Assembly: GCA_028534125.1 (NCBI GenBank)
Contig: CM052838.1
Location: 63,798,001 to 63,862,000 of the forward strand
Direction: 5' to 3'
From: Lama glama
Taxonomy: Eukaryota
DNA length: 64,000 bases
Both the position numbers and the translations under genes were made by a program. The notes below the pieces were generated by a model. It did not search any database. It saw only the letters and a program-made list of their open reading frames with translations, and was not told the origin of the DNA. Shown here in pieces: positions 1 to 13,300 of this stretch (position 1 is its first letter; every line of letters begins with the position of its first letter).

Positions 1-2349
1 TGGGGTAACTACAGGTCAGTGGAGAGAAATAATCTAGTTTTCTTTTAAAATTTCTTTAAAAAATTAACACTAATGAAGAGCTTGTATAGGAGGCCACGGG
101 GCTTGGGGAAAACTGTCTTGAATACACGGGGATACAGTGAATGGCTCACTCCTTTATAGAACTTAAAGTGAATTGCCTAAGAAGAGGAGTAGGTCATTTT
201 TGTGACCTCTGTAACCTTTGAAGGGCTCCACGAGGTTTTGGCAGCTGTGGTTCACGGTGGGCTGGTCACAGACAGCGTCTTGCCAAGGTGCTTGGAATGC
301 CCGGCAGTTAAGCCAGTCTGGCGCCCCACCCCTGGTGTCAGCTGCAGCTCGGGCACTAAAGAAGTAGGCTGCCCTGGGGGCCACTGACGCGTCCCTGACG
401 TCCTGGGCCACGTGCTAAATGCTGACACTTGTTTTGACCCCACAAGGTGTTTTCAGTTAGACTGGGGGTTTAGCAAAGGAGTGGGGGGGAGGTCTCCAGG
501 CCTCATGTTCCCTTGTATGCTCCCCAGCCCCCAACCCTGGAGTAAACTCCTTTGGCCTGTGATGCAGCTGTGATAAAACCAGTTACAAATTCCGCAGAAA
601 CATTTTCTTACCAGTTGTGAAATTTGTTGCCGTGTGTAACGTGTGTGACCGTGAGAGGAATTGGGAGAGAGCTATAAATGCCTGGGACGCTCCCTCGGCT
701 CCTGGGGAGGCTTTCTTGTTAGGATAATTTCCTGCCCAGAACACTTGTGCAGTCAGCAGAGGACCCAGCCCGGCTCTGCCGCCCATTCCCAGAAGTCCGG
801 GGGTGACACTGAACGCGCGGTCCACCAATGGCACAACTCGTAAAAGCAGGCACTTGTTAAATCTATTTGTTTTTATTATAGACATCGATCTGCCAGTCGC
901 AATAATGCATTTATGGACATTTTTCTGCAAGCACAGCGCTGGTGGCAGTTTTTACTGACAAATTGAGTCATATGGATAGCAGTTTAGAAAACTCTTACCT
1001 TATTGACAGATCGGGCAGCCCCAGCACTGGGTGTTCAGAGGTTTCTCGGTGGATGAAGAGAGCAAATTGAATCTTGGGGCAAAATATGGGATGGGATGTT
1101 TAAATGTTGAAATTTGACAAGTAGCTGGTAATTATTTCTCCTTTGTTTTTAAACTTTGGGGTGCAAGCTTACCCCACAAACAAAAGAACTGAAAGTAAGG
1201 GCCGAGGGTGTTGCTTCAGATACGGCCCTCTGGTTGGTGTGGTCAGTAAGAGCCGCCCCTGAAATGTGGGCCTGCTGGGATGTGTGTGAGCAGGAGCGAA
1301 CAGTGTTTCTTAAAAGGTGCTCTGAGCCCTGCCAGCCTCGGAAATACCGAGGGTGCTCGTTAGAAAGGCAGACTATCTGGCCTTTTGTCAGCCCTGCTGG
1401 ATCAGTCCCCAGGGACCTGTGTCTTTGCAAGCTCCCCGGGGGCCCCTAATGTTTGAGCATCTCTGGGGCAGCCTTTCGGGTCATCTGAGAAGCAGGGCCC
1501 TCCAGCCCACAGGCATGGGAGCACCCCATCCAGATGGGCCCATCGGCAGCTGGCCTCGTTCTGAGTTGCCTGTGCTTTTGGGTCTGTGTACAGTTTTGTA
1601 ACTCCTCAGAGACATGTGAATCTCTTCGAATTGCAAAGCCAACGTGTTATCATAGCGTTACAGCTTTCGGTCTTGTGGTTATGACAGAAGATGCAGATGT
1701 TACCAAAACTTTGGCATTAGTTTTACAAACAAAGTGAAGCATGGACAGCCGTGTTCTGTTTCACTCCCGTCTTTCCTTCTGGATGGCTGGCCGCGCCGTT
1801 CCTCCCTCTGGGTGGAAGCATTTTCATGGTGTCAGGTGAGGGTTAACCTTCATGTATGCAACCAGATACAGTTTTGGGAAACTGAACTGAGTTTTTATTT
1901 ATTAAGTGCCAGAGTTGCGTTGGGGAGAACACGGCGGGGGGATTCTGGCGGTGCCGTTTACTAGCCGGGTGGGCAGCTGTTAGCCCCCCGGCTGCCTCCT
2001 CATCTCTAGGTTGGCAGTGGTCACTGACTTTGTCTACCTGGACGAGCATAAGCACATGAAACGACTGATGAATATTTTGTAACATAGTAAGCACTGCCGG
2101 ATAGGAATTTTAATTTGGAAACCTAGTCTCACAGAAGGATGAGGCTAACTGGGAAAAGGGTGAGAAACTAACCAGTTGTGGCTTCCTTCCAGTCCAGTGA
2201 GCTTCCTTGTTTTCCCTCCAGTTCAGTCAGCATCCATGTCCCTGTATCCCACTCCGTCCAGTCAGCATCCTAGCTCTACGGAATTCCCTACCCAAGCCCT
2301 TGTTTGTGGTGCTGTACACGGGGTTAAGGTCGCATCCTCTGTGAAAACA

Positions 2350-2550
2350 AGTCTGATTCAGTTTGGACCCTGCTCCACTAATGACTGTCTGTGACCTTGA
2401 GTAAAGTCACATAACGTTTCCTGAGCCTTGGTTTCTCCAAAAATCAGGAAGATGACATTCCTAGTCCTAGGACTGTTGGAGGATATTGGGACAGAATCCC
2501 ATTTGGGGAACAACCCAGGTCCGGCCCGTGGTGAGCCCTGAATGATAATT
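2350..2550 (+). mobile_element. MIR SINE remnant
   Basis: ctgtctgtgaccttgagtaaagtcacataacgtttcctgagccttggtttc resembles the MIR core ctgtgtgaccttgggcaagtcacttaacctctctgagcctcagtttc. Confidence 0.7.
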
Positions 2551-3138
2551 GTTGACATTTGTTAACTCAGGCACAAAACTGTTTCTGCTGGAGGCAGGAC
2601 GAGAGTGGGGTCTTCAAGTTTTGCTCCAGCGCCCAAGACATGCCACGCTTGTGTCTGATTCCTTGTGGCAGGACCTTCCTTTGGTCTGGATCCTCATGGT
2701 TTGCCAGATATCTACAGTTCCTTCTGTCTCTAAGGAGGTGGTTTGCCCGGCTGCCTGTTTCTAGTTTTTACAATGGATGGTTCGGGAGTGGCTGAAGTGG
2801 CCGGCCTCAAGGTGCTTCCCACCCAGGTGGCGGTGTCCAAGTGTGCAGGTGTGCGGTGCTGAGAGCCAGCGTGTGCTCTGTGGGCCCAGAGCAGGTGAGC
2901 TTAGCAGCTGTGTCCCCAGCGGGCCCAGCTCCGAATGCCCGAGTCCCTGTCTTCTGGGAGGCTTGACATCAGTCGTCTGTTCGCTGGAGAGAATTTCCTG
3001 GAGGAGAGACACCAAGTCTGACAGTGTCGGTGGCTGGGAACCGGCAGCGACACCCGCACCTGAGTGAGGGGACCGTGCTGTGAGGGGAGTGCGGTGCGTT
3101 AGGTGAGCTCCGTCAGAACGAGAAATCCTGCAGTAGTT

Positions 3139-3170
3139 TGTGTGTGTGTGTGTGTGTCTCTCTCTCTCTC
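3139..3170. repeat. compound microsatellite (TG)9(TC)7
   Basis: Directly visible in the sequence. Confidence 0.95.
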
Positions 3171-4964
3171 TACACCCTCATATCAGGTTCAGCCTGGTAG
3201 ACTTTCATTCCAGAAGATCCCGGTCAGTGTGATAGCAGTACCACTGATGGCGTTTACTGAAGGCCTGTGCCGGTGGCTTTTCCCAGCCTGTCTTGTGGAG
3301 TCCTTGAGGTCACCTGGCGTGGGGACACTTGGGGTCTCTGTTCGGCACATGAGGAGGCTGCCTGGGTAGGACTTGGCAGCCCAGGTTTGTTTGTAACCAG
3401 TGCAGGCTTTTCGCCACTCACCTTGCCCGCTGCCCCTGAGGTGGTGAAGCAGAGAAACTGTCAGAAGTCCTCTTTGGGGCAAGAAATACATCACCTTTGT
3501 GTTCAGTTCAGTTACGCTTTCTGGACACCAGTGTGGACATGCGCGCTCCTTTGCACTGTGGGAGAAACAGTGCACCCAAGTCTGTCCCTGCCCGAAGAGG
3601 CCCCCAGCCCCTCTTAGTGTGCACCCACCCCCCTGGGAGAGCTGACTGCAGTGAGGGGTGGTGACAGCCCCTGTGTGTGTTTGCTGCTTATCACAGGCAG
3701 TCGGACGCACTGCATACCTCCTTTGGGAGTAGGGGTTTAGTGCTGTGGGCGCCAGAGGAGAGGGAGTGTTCAGGTGCCAGGCCGTGTCTCAGGCTCCAGC
3801 CACACTCCTCACCACATCCCCGCTGGCCAGGGACCTGCTTCTGGTCCAGTGGGCGGGATGGACGAAGCATTTGTGCAGAGGCTGTAAGGTTTCTCTCTCG
3901 GAGGCAGGTGGGGACGTGTCAGGAGTTCACTTGGAGGCCGTGGGGCGTGGCCTTAGGGGGCTAAGGGAGCCTGAAATTTGGAGTGGGGCCAGCCCTGGAG
4001 GGTCCTGGGTGCTGCGCTAAGGAAGGGGGCTATTCCGAGCTTGGTTAGTGGGGGACAGTGAGTGGGGTCCCGGGTGGGCATGTGTCAGGGAGGATGGGGA
4101 GGCGGGACAGGCTGCTGCCCAGCATGGTGCCCACAGCTGGACTAGTGCCCCAAAGTCTCCACGTCCGTGCGTGTCACCTGGTTAGACCACGACAGCAGAG
4201 GGGAGGCTGGGGGGGAGCAGGGAATCAGAGGAAGTATGGTCCTGTGTGGGCATCTCCATCCCGGGACGGGGCAGGGGCCCTTACTTGTGTTCCTGAGGCT
4301 TTTCACTCTCCAGTGAAGCTCCTAGAATAAAGGGCAGGAACAGAAATGATGTATTTCCAGAAGTTACTGAATTTAGCTAGCCATCCCGGGAAAAGCCCAG
4401 GTGTGCTGTTCTTTACTGTGCAGAAAAATTGTTTTCTGTCGCCGTCCTGTGATCATCAGATTAAGCTGTCGAGTCAGATGGATGCGCAGTGTGCGTGCTG
4501 ATGACCAGGACGCACACCTGCTCGGCCCACCAGGCTCCAGGCCGCCCCGGGGGCAGGTGTCCCTGGGGAGGGGTCAGCCCATGGGGAGGGGCCCAGCCCA
4601 CGGAGTGGGCCACTCTAGGGAGGCTGCACTGATGAAGTGACTTTTGAAATTTGTTGCAAGAACTGTTACTTAGAACTAAAATGCAGGTTCTAAAATGAAG
4701 TCAATGTTCCTAAAATTCAACACAGCCCACCCTTTTGGGTGTGATCAGCCACTATTATGGTCCTCTTCTGTCTGGCAGGACAGACTTTGTCCTGGGTGAC
4801 CAGCAGTTTACTGGGATGCAGTACTTTGGGCTAAAATGGGAAGTCTGTGCAAGCCAGGTGGTGGTCGCCCTGGACACTCGTGTTCCCGGGACCCGGGTGG
4901 CCTCCTCGCTGTTACTCCCTCCAGCTTGGGTCCACTTAGGTCTTGAGTCACAATCAGTAGTTTA

Positions 4965-4995
4965 TTTTCTTTCTTTCTTTCTTTCTTTCTTTTTC
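4965..4995. repeat. (TTTC)n microsatellite
   Basis: ttttctttctttctttctttctttctttttc is directly visible. Confidence 0.9.
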
Positions 4996-6296
4996 CTACA
5001 AAAGGAAGGGCTTTAAAGACTTCCTCTTAGCTTTTTAAAAAGTTTATTTTTGCTGTGAGTGTAATTAGAACATTTCTCAGAGCCTCTGTGACTGCCCTTG
5101 GACCAGGTTGCCCGTGCTCCCCTCCCGGCGCTCTCCGGGCTGTCTCACACCAGGAACGCCCCCAAAGGTTCTGACTCCTCAGTGATTGTCTTTCCCTTCT
5201 GTGTGTTAAGGTTTCTTGCTAAGAAAACCTTCTTTGGGCTTGAGGTGCTTTGGTATCATGACAGTCCAGACAGGCTGGGTTCTTGGAAAGATTAGTTAAA
5301 TAATCTTTTCTGTTGGTCAGAAACAGGTGTTTCCAGTGGCGGGGTGTTGGAAGCAGCTGTCTGATGGGCTCCCGTGGTGCCCCGGTGTTCGCACAGGAAC
5401 TCCCAGGTGCTTGTTGAAAACCCGCGTCGTGGCTGCGTGTTGCTGCTCTGTTTTGACCCCTGGGTGCTCACCACCTCCCTGCGCTTGGTCATTGTGACTC
5501 AGAACCTCAGGACACAGGCTCCAGGCTGCCCGGAGTTTACCTCATCTGGAGGGCACCTTTGGGAAACCGGGTAAGTTGTCTGCCAGGGCCAGGCCACTTC
5601 TGTTCAGCTCTCAGACGTGAGGCTGCCTCTTGGGGCATGAAACAGAGTGCACAGGGGCCCTGGATCTGATTGTTGAGAATTTCTCATCTCACTTCCCTCC
5701 ACACCTGATGGGAAGCTTCCTGGCTCCAGCCTCAGGACCTTAGTTCCTTTTCCTCGCAGCCTCCCTGCTTCTGTCCCCGAGGGACGCCTGCCCCACGGGG
5801 CTCTGGGAGCGTGGCACTCAGGCGGACACGAGGGACGAGTGCACCTCGTCCCCTCTCTGTTGAAGGCAGCGGTCTGTAAATGCTCCAGGGTAACCCCTCT
5901 TTCCCACCCAGGTCCCACGTGAAGTGAGCCTGTGAGACCCACGTTGATGCCACCTCCAGCCCAACACCCCCCTTCGTCTGGCACCTTCTCTGGAAGTCTG
6001 TGCACCAGCCCTTTGCTCTGCGAGTGGATGGCAGGAGGCCCTAGAGAACCCACTGCTCACGCCTGGGGGTCCTCTTCCGATCCAGCCCGAACCCGGGCAC
6101 CCTCTGCTCCCAGGCTTCCTCTGAACCCTTCCTGTGCCAGCTTTTCGGGAAGCCTCTTCAGCCCCCTCGTGCTTCCTCCCTGCAGGCCCATCACTCTCAC
6201 ACTCAGGTTTCCATTTACTTGTGTGGGTTTTGCCGCCTGAGCCCTGCTTGGGGCCTCAGCCTGACGGAAGGCCCAGGAAAGGGTGCAAAACACGGT

Positions 6297-6654
6297 TAGC
6301 GTTGGACTGAACGTGCCCCTGAGATTCATATGTGGAAGCCCTCACTCCCAGTGGGACTGCATTTGGAGATGGAGCCTTTAGGAGGTAGTTAGGAATAAAT
6401 GAGTTGTTAAGATGGGCCCCTAATCTGATAGGACTGGTGGCCTTATTAAAGAAGAGAGAGCTCTTCACCGTGTGCGGGCACAGGGAGAACGGGGCTGCCT
6501 GCGAGCCAGGAAGAGGGTCCTCACCAGAAACCAAATCAGCAGGAACCTTGATCTTGGACTTTCCAGCCTCCATAACCGTGAGAAGATATATTCCCGTTGT
6601 TTAAGCCACTCAGTGTGTGATACTCTGTCATAGCAGCCCGGGCTGGCTGATACA
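6297..6654 (+). mobile_element. MaLR solo LTR, MLT1A-like
   Basis: ggactgaacgtg...attcatatgtggaagccctcactccc...atttggagatggagcctttaggaggt...ccttgatcttggactttccagcctcc...gttgtttaagccactcagt...tagcagccc...taca follows the MLT1A layout end to end. Confidence 0.9.
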
Positions 6655-8859
6655 GGGTGAGGTGCAGACAAAAGCTGTTCCAGAAGCACAGAACCCATTA
6701 GGGGTTTGTGTGTGAAGTCGGAATTTGGGGACAAGGATTACATTGTAATCAGATGGTGCTCAAAAGTCGTACCGGTCTGTTCTCAGGTTTGCCCCTTGGC
6801 ATCCCAGAAGGAGAGCGTGGGTAGGAGTAAGACAGCGTGGGCACAGACCTGTCTCCCTACGAGGTTCCTAGAGGTCGCAGAAGGGAGGTTTGGCAGGCGG
6901 GGCGGGAGACCCCCGGAGAACCAGGCCTGGCGCTGGGTGGGCTTGATCCACCTGGTCAAGGCCTCAGTCCCCAAGGGAAGAGGAGAGGTGGGGGGTGGGG
7001 CTTGGGCTCAACGCCGGGACAGCTGGCTTTCTTAGGCAGGAGGGGGGGCTCTGGAGCCAGCCCACAGCTGTTGGGGCTGTGGGACTTGTTGGTTGGGGAT
7101 TTTGTTGGTTGGTTGACTTTTTTTTCCCGTTGATATTGGTCCATTCATTCTCTACTGCTGCCTGGACCAAGGAGCAGCATGCGGTCATTCTGTTGGACAC
7201 CAGCAAGAATTCTAAGAGCCTTGCAGTTTACTGCTTTCACGCTAAGACGTCTCTCTCGAGGGTTTTGGGGGGTCTCTTTTGAGTTGGGGACTTTGGAAGA
7301 CATTTCTCAGTGGAAGCCAGCGGGCCTACACGAATACCAGACTGGCTTGCATTACGTCTGTGGCCATTGATGGGGCACATAGTAAAGATGAGAGATTTCA
7401 GTTCACTTCTGCCCCAGTCACCCATCCGCTGTTCACGAGCTGTGTTGTCGGTAAGCAGAGTGTATCAGATACGTGGGCATTTTTAGGAAGCTGCAAAGAA
7501 AACTCAAGTTGTAAACTTTGACCCAGTGGACCTTGCCACTTCTGAGCTCTGACCCTCTGTGTCCTTACGGTGTGGCCAGCACTGCACCCTCGAATCTGCT
7601 CTGGGGGCCCGGCGGTGGCCAGGAGGGACAGCTGTGTTCAGGGCAGGATAAATGAGCGTCCTGGGCGAGGTTGTGTGCTGTGCTTCACGTGGTGCTGTGA
7701 ACATTTGAGATGCAGATTTGAATTCTCAGTTGTGTTTTACTTACTTGTTTATTAGCACAGCTACGTTTGTTGTTTAAGTCCATGGCGAGCATCTCTAAGA
7801 TTGTGATTAACCTTGAGGGCCATGTTATAATGAAATTATTAGTGACTGGTCCTGTTTATCCTTGCAGTCAGAGGCGCGCTGGTGTGGTATGTCATTGGGT
7901 CCGTTTCTTTTCTTACATGTTGTAAACGTGATTCTGTGGCAGCAGGAGTGTCAGTTTGTTACCAGGACAGACTTGGGGAATCTCAGATATAAGACCAGTT
8001 TTATGTAATGATTGTGACTTGTAGCGTTCCTTGCGTGACTTAGGTTAATGTTGGCAAGGCGTGTTAACATCTCCCGCCACCAGTGGTCAGGCGGGGTGTG
8101 TGATAATTGATCTTCCTGGGTGCGCAGTAACGTAAAAACAATTCAGGCTGTTGGGAGTGTATTTTACAAGTGTGCGTTGGGCCTTAGGGATGTTGTATTG
8201 AAAAACCCAATTGTACAGTTACCATGGGAACCCAACTAGAATAGATTGCTTGGTTTTATTTTATTTTATTTGGTGGGGGGTGGTCTTCTTTCATTTTGAC
8301 CAAAGAGCTAATTTGTTTTAAATGTTTTCATATGGAATTGTATTCATACACTGACTTGTTACACCAAAGCGTTCTCCCCACCCCGCCTTGTTTCCAGCTT
8401 TAAGCTGAAGTGGTGATCCGTTCCCTAGTGGTGGTTTGTGAGCAGGTCTCCAGGAGAGACTTAATCAGCATCTTGTGGGAGAGTTTATAGAGGTGGTGGA
8501 GGAGGTGGAGGTGGAGGTGATGGCGGCAAGCATTTGAAGATCTGGGAAGGTGGGCATTTTCCTGTGACAGCAGACAGGGCCCTGGTGTCCCTCCGGTCGT
8601 GCTCTGGACGTCGGATGGGGATACAGGTGTGCTCCTCAGTTCTCCCGCTCGTTTGCAGGTGGGGGACTGGGTCCTGAAGGGCCCTGGGTTTCGGGAGTGG
8701 AGTCAGCAGGTGTGGCAGGGCAGGACCGGGTCACACGTTCTTTCCTCCACACCTGTGTTCCTGTCACGGTTTGGGCTCAGAGACCTTCTGTGCTCTTAAA
8801 GCACATCAGGGATTCCAGAGCCACATAGCAGTCCTTACCTACTGCATTAAAAGTTAACA

Positions 8860-9600
8860 CTGAAAAATTTAAAAATATTAATTCATTTAAGCAACAGTGA
8901 ACCTATCACATTTTAACAATGAATAACACATTTAAAATGAAAAGTAACTCTGTTTTACATGAAGAACCAATTAGTGAGATGAATGATATTGGTTTACCTG
9001 TTTTTTCAAATCTTTTAAACAACTGCGAGTGAGAAGGCAGCTCGATTCTCATCTGCTTTTGCGTCCCGTCTGCTGCACAAGTGGTTCTGGTTGGAGTGTC
9101 AGAGAGCCTGGCTTCACACAAGCAAGTAACTGGAAAAGGGAGAGACGTTTAATATCCTTTGAAGGTAGTTTTCACATAATGGTGGGTCTCTTGGACACCA
9201 CATCAAAGTGGCAGTCTCTGGGAGGGTCACTGCTGTGTGGCATGTGAGCCTGTGCGCTTTTGGCAACCATCACATGAGAAAAGTCCGCTTGTACAGAGTG
9301 CGTTGTGACTTTGCAACATCACTCATCGGTCCTTTGGAAAATGCCGGTTTGCTGAATTGTACGGACCTTCTAAATGTTGGCATGTTTCATAACAGAGTGT
9401 TGAAAAGTTACTGTCACCATTTTTCTCCTTGGAAACGTCTTAGAACTGGGAGGCTGTCAGGCCCTGGGGGTGGACACAGGGTCCCCGAGGTTGTCGTCAT
9501 CAGCTCGGAGGCTGTCGTTTTGTTGTTAGCAGCAAACTGCTGGTGTGTGACTCACAGAGACGGGCTCACTGTGTATGTTTTTGAGAAAATATCCCAGAAA
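8860..9600 (-). mobile_element. hAT DNA transposon fossil, Charlie1-like (transposase remnant on - strand)
   Basis: ttagtgagatgaatgatattggtttac, gcagctcgattctcatctgc, ctggaaaagggagag, cctttggaaaatgccggtttgctgaattgtacggaccttctaaatgttg and tttttgagaaaat match remembered Charlie1 internal sequence. Confidence 0.75.
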
Positions 9601-9609
9601 CTGTAGGTC

Positions 9610-12130
9610 GTTAGTCATTCATGCTCGTATTTTGTGTTTTCCAAAGAATTTGGCCATTTCATCTAAGCCATTGAATTTTTTGGCCTAAAGCTACTTTAAT
9701 ATTCTTTTGCTGTCCTTTTAGTGTTTGTGGGATTTTAAATCATGCCTTTATTTTTATTACTGATATTGCTAATTGTGTTCCCCCCCCCCCGTTGGTCTGG
9801 TTAAAGGTGTTTCAGTTTTGTTTTGTTTGTTTGCTTTTTGAAGGCTCAACTTGTTATCGTTGGTTTTGTCTCTTTTCCGTTTTCCTGACGGCTGCTTTGA
9901 TACTCATTACCCCCTCTCTCTGCTTGCTTTGGTTTAGTTTGCTTTCTCCTCTGCAGCTTGTTAAGGCAGAAGCTTAAGTTGAGCCCTTCTGTCTTTTCTT
10001 ACGTTAATATTCAGTGCTACAAAGGGCCCTCGAAGCACTGCTTTAGCCGCGCCCCACAGAGGGTTCTGCTGGGTTTTCATTTCCATTCAGTGTGATGTGT
10101 TTTCCATTTCCCTTGGGATTTCTTTACTGCGAGGGTTGCTGAGAAGCATATGCTGTCTCATTTCCAGGTCGGCGGGGACTTTCCCGACACCTGCCTGTCA
10201 CTGATCTCCAGTTTAATTACCTTGTGGTCAGAGGACGTGCTTCTTACGATCTCAGCCCTCCTAAGTGTACTGAGAGTTGTTCTGCGGCCCAGAATGCGTG
10301 CGTGCTCTTGACAGCAGTGCACGCTCTGCGGCGTTTGGGGGGCGTGTGCCTTTAAGTGGTAGTTGGGTCAGGTTCTTCGTCGCTGGTGGTATTGAGATAT
10401 TCTGTCTTCTTGCTGCTTTCGTCTCCCTGTTCTGTAAATTGTTAGGGAAAGAGTGTTGAAATCTCCAGCCGTGACTGGGGGTTTGTCTGCTCCCCCTTTC
10501 ATTCTCAGCTCTGCCGCAGGGGTTTTGTACGCTTTCATTAGGTGTGTGCATATGTAGAATTTTATGTCCATTTGGTGCATCAACCCCTCGCTCCTTTAAG
10601 GCCTTCAGTCCCAGAAATTTCTCTGTTTTGAAACTGTGTTTGATATTAAGATAGCCACTCCAGCTTTCTTTCCATTACTGTCTCTGTGGTGAATGTTTTC
10701 CCATTCTTTCACATTTAATTTATTTTGCCATTATATTTAACGCGTGTTTCTTGCAGACAGCACACCAGTCTTAAGACGGTGTTTTATTAAAGTCAAGTGT
10801 TCAGATCATTTACATGTTGTGTAATTATCATGTGGATCAAGTGCACTGTCTTGATGATTTGTTTTCTTTTCATCCCGTTTGTTCTTTCACCCCCGCCCCT
10901 CATTTTCCTGACTTCTTTTGGATTATTTGAATTTTTTTAATGATTTCGGTTTATCGTTTATCTACACACTTGGCTTATTGGCCGTCCCCACACACCCCCT
11001 TTTTTTTTTAAGGTTGTTGCTCTGGGCTGTGCCATGTTCGCATTTAGCTCCCCGCGACCTGCATTCACACCCTCTGACTCACCGTCACAGACAGTGTAAG
11101 AACCTCACATCGCTGTACTTCAATTGCCCTTGTCCCTTATTTTTTGTTGTATTCATTTAATATATTTTATTTCCACATATGTTATAAACTCCAAAATATG
11201 CTCTTATCATTTTTGCTTTAGGCAGGCAGTTATCTCTTCATGAGTTAAAAAATAGGAAAAAACTCAGTGTGTACATCTATTTGCATGTTTACTGTTTCTC
11301 ATGCCCTTCGCTCCTTTGTGTGAATCTGAGTTTCCCTCTGGCATCATCTTGATGCCCAAAGGACCTGCTGCAGTGTTTCTCAGGTGCCAGTCGGCTGGTG
11401 TGTGACTTGTCTTACTTTTTTTTCCTTTTGAAAAAGACTGTTTCACTTTCATTCTTGAATGATACTTTGCTGCTTACAGAATTCTAGATTGATCTTTTTT
11501 TCTTTCCTTTCCGTGCTTTCAATATGTTGTTCCATTGTGTCCTGCCTGGCGTGGGTTCTGATGATCGGTCAGTTGTGCTTGGTTTTGTGCCTCTGTGTGT
11601 AATCTGTCTTCTTTCCCCTCTTCTGACCGCTTTTCAGGTTTTTCCTTTATCACTTGTTTTCAGCAATTTGCTTATGATTTGCCTCGGTTTCATTTTCTTT
11701 ACGTTTCTTCTGTTTTGATTTCACTGAGTTTCTTGTATTAGTGAGCATGGGTTTTTCCCATCACATTTGAAGAAACAGCTAATGCTTTCTCAGGTATTTT
11801 TCCGCCTGTTTCTGGGACTCCAGTTGCCTTGGCGTGGGACTGCTCAGTGTTGTCCCACATCCTCCTGACGCCCTGTTCATTTTCTTCACTTTTGTCTTCT
11901 TTCTCTTCCTGGATGGTTTAGAAAATGTTCTCTCTTAACTTTCACTCAGTTTTTCCCCTTCTGCTGTATCTGATTTGTTAATCGCATCAGGTGTGTTTTT
12001 CACTTTAGATCTTGTATTTTACATCTTAGTTCCTTTTGGGTCTCTTTTGTATCTTCCGGTTTTTTCATCATGTTTATGTTTTCCTCTTAACTTCTTGAAC
12101 ACACGGGATGTACTTGTAATAGCTGTTTTA
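9610..12130 (-). mobile_element. Old L1 (L1M-type) fragment spanning ORF1 and the ORF2 endonuclease region
   Basis: Minus-strand ORF 10368-10583 contains AGDFNTLSL..RTGRRK (L1 EN motif GDFNTPLS). 11440-11495 is the antisense of the ORF1 C-terminus (RILYPAK.SF). T-rich antisense composition. Confidence 0.85.
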
Positions 12131-12189
12131 ACCCAGGCATGCTGGCTTCAGAGCCCAGGACCTTTAGTGGCTGCATTTTGTGACAGCTG

Positions 12190-13300
12190 TTTTGGCCGAC
12201 AAAAGGCTTTTTTGCTTGTTTCCTGACTCTTGGCTGTGTTTAGGTAGTTGTGGTGGCCAGAGGACATGTATCCTCTGCAGTCGCCTTCTCAGACCCTTCG
12301 TGCCTGCGTTCCTCTTGGCATGTCCTCTTGTTACTGATCATCGGGGCATTTTGTATATTCTGGATCCTGATCCTTGTCAGTCCCACCGCTGCAATTCTCT
12401 CCTCCTAGAGCTTAACTTTTTACTTTCTTTCCTGTGCCTTCTGACTCACAGGTGTCCTTAGTTCTCAGACAGTTGCACATCATTGAACCTGTGCTGCTCT
12501 CCACGTGTGGTTCCGTTTCTGTGTTAGTGCCGCGCCGTACCCATTCCCGTGGCTTTAGGCTCACGCCTGAAATCCGGGTGAGGATCTTGCATCTTGCTCA
12601 TCCTACAGGTTTCAGAAGCAGCTTGTCAGGTTCTTAGAAGGAGCCTTCAGTGTCTCTGTGGGAGGCACCTGGATCTGTAGATCGTGTGAGGAGAACAACG
12701 TCTTTAGGAGCATGCTCTGTGTGTGTGTGTGTGTGTTTATGAAGGTGGTCTTTAGTGTCTCTCAGATGTTAACAGTTTTTTTTCCCACAAAGAGCTCCTC
12801 CGTCTTTTCTAATGCTTTTCCCAGGTCCCAGGTCCTCATTGTCTTGTTGTTTCTGTTGCTATTAGAAGTGGTGGGTTTTTTGTTTTTTAGATTAGATGTT
12901 CTTTATGATTGGTGTTTGGAAGTACTGTTGAGTTTTGTGTGCTCATCTTACATCCGGTTTCCCTGCTAAGTTCTCTTTGTAATTTTAATGTGCTCTATGC
13001 ACAACCTGTGGTTTTCTGTGTGGGCGGTCGTATCACCCATGAGTGAGAGTTCTGCTTGCCTTCCTGCTCTGTTAATCAGTTATTTCTCTCACTGGGAGGT
13101 TGTGCCAGCCAGGACCTCCAGTGCCATGCTAAGTAAAGAAAGATACGGTGATAACTGATGTACTTACCTTATTACTTATTTTAAAGAGAAAGCTGCTAAT
13201 TTTTCACCACCCAAAGTATGCTTGCTGTGGGCTTTTGGTAGAAAGGAAGTTTCCTTTGTCCGAGAAATTTTTAAAAGTCATTACTGGGCTTTGACTTACA
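12190..13300 (-). mobile_element. Degenerate L1 ORF2 fragments, with an embedded (TG)n at ~12718-12736
   Basis: ttgtatattctggatcctgatccttgtcag, ggatctgtagatc and ccaggacctccagtgccatgct are typical antisense L1 ORF2 words. Confidence 0.6.

Noticed and set aside
4560-4569. EBF-type motif TCCCTGGGGA (also TCCCTTGGGA at 10109-10118)
   Set aside because: These are isolated matches expected by chance in GC-rich DNA, and one lies within an L1.
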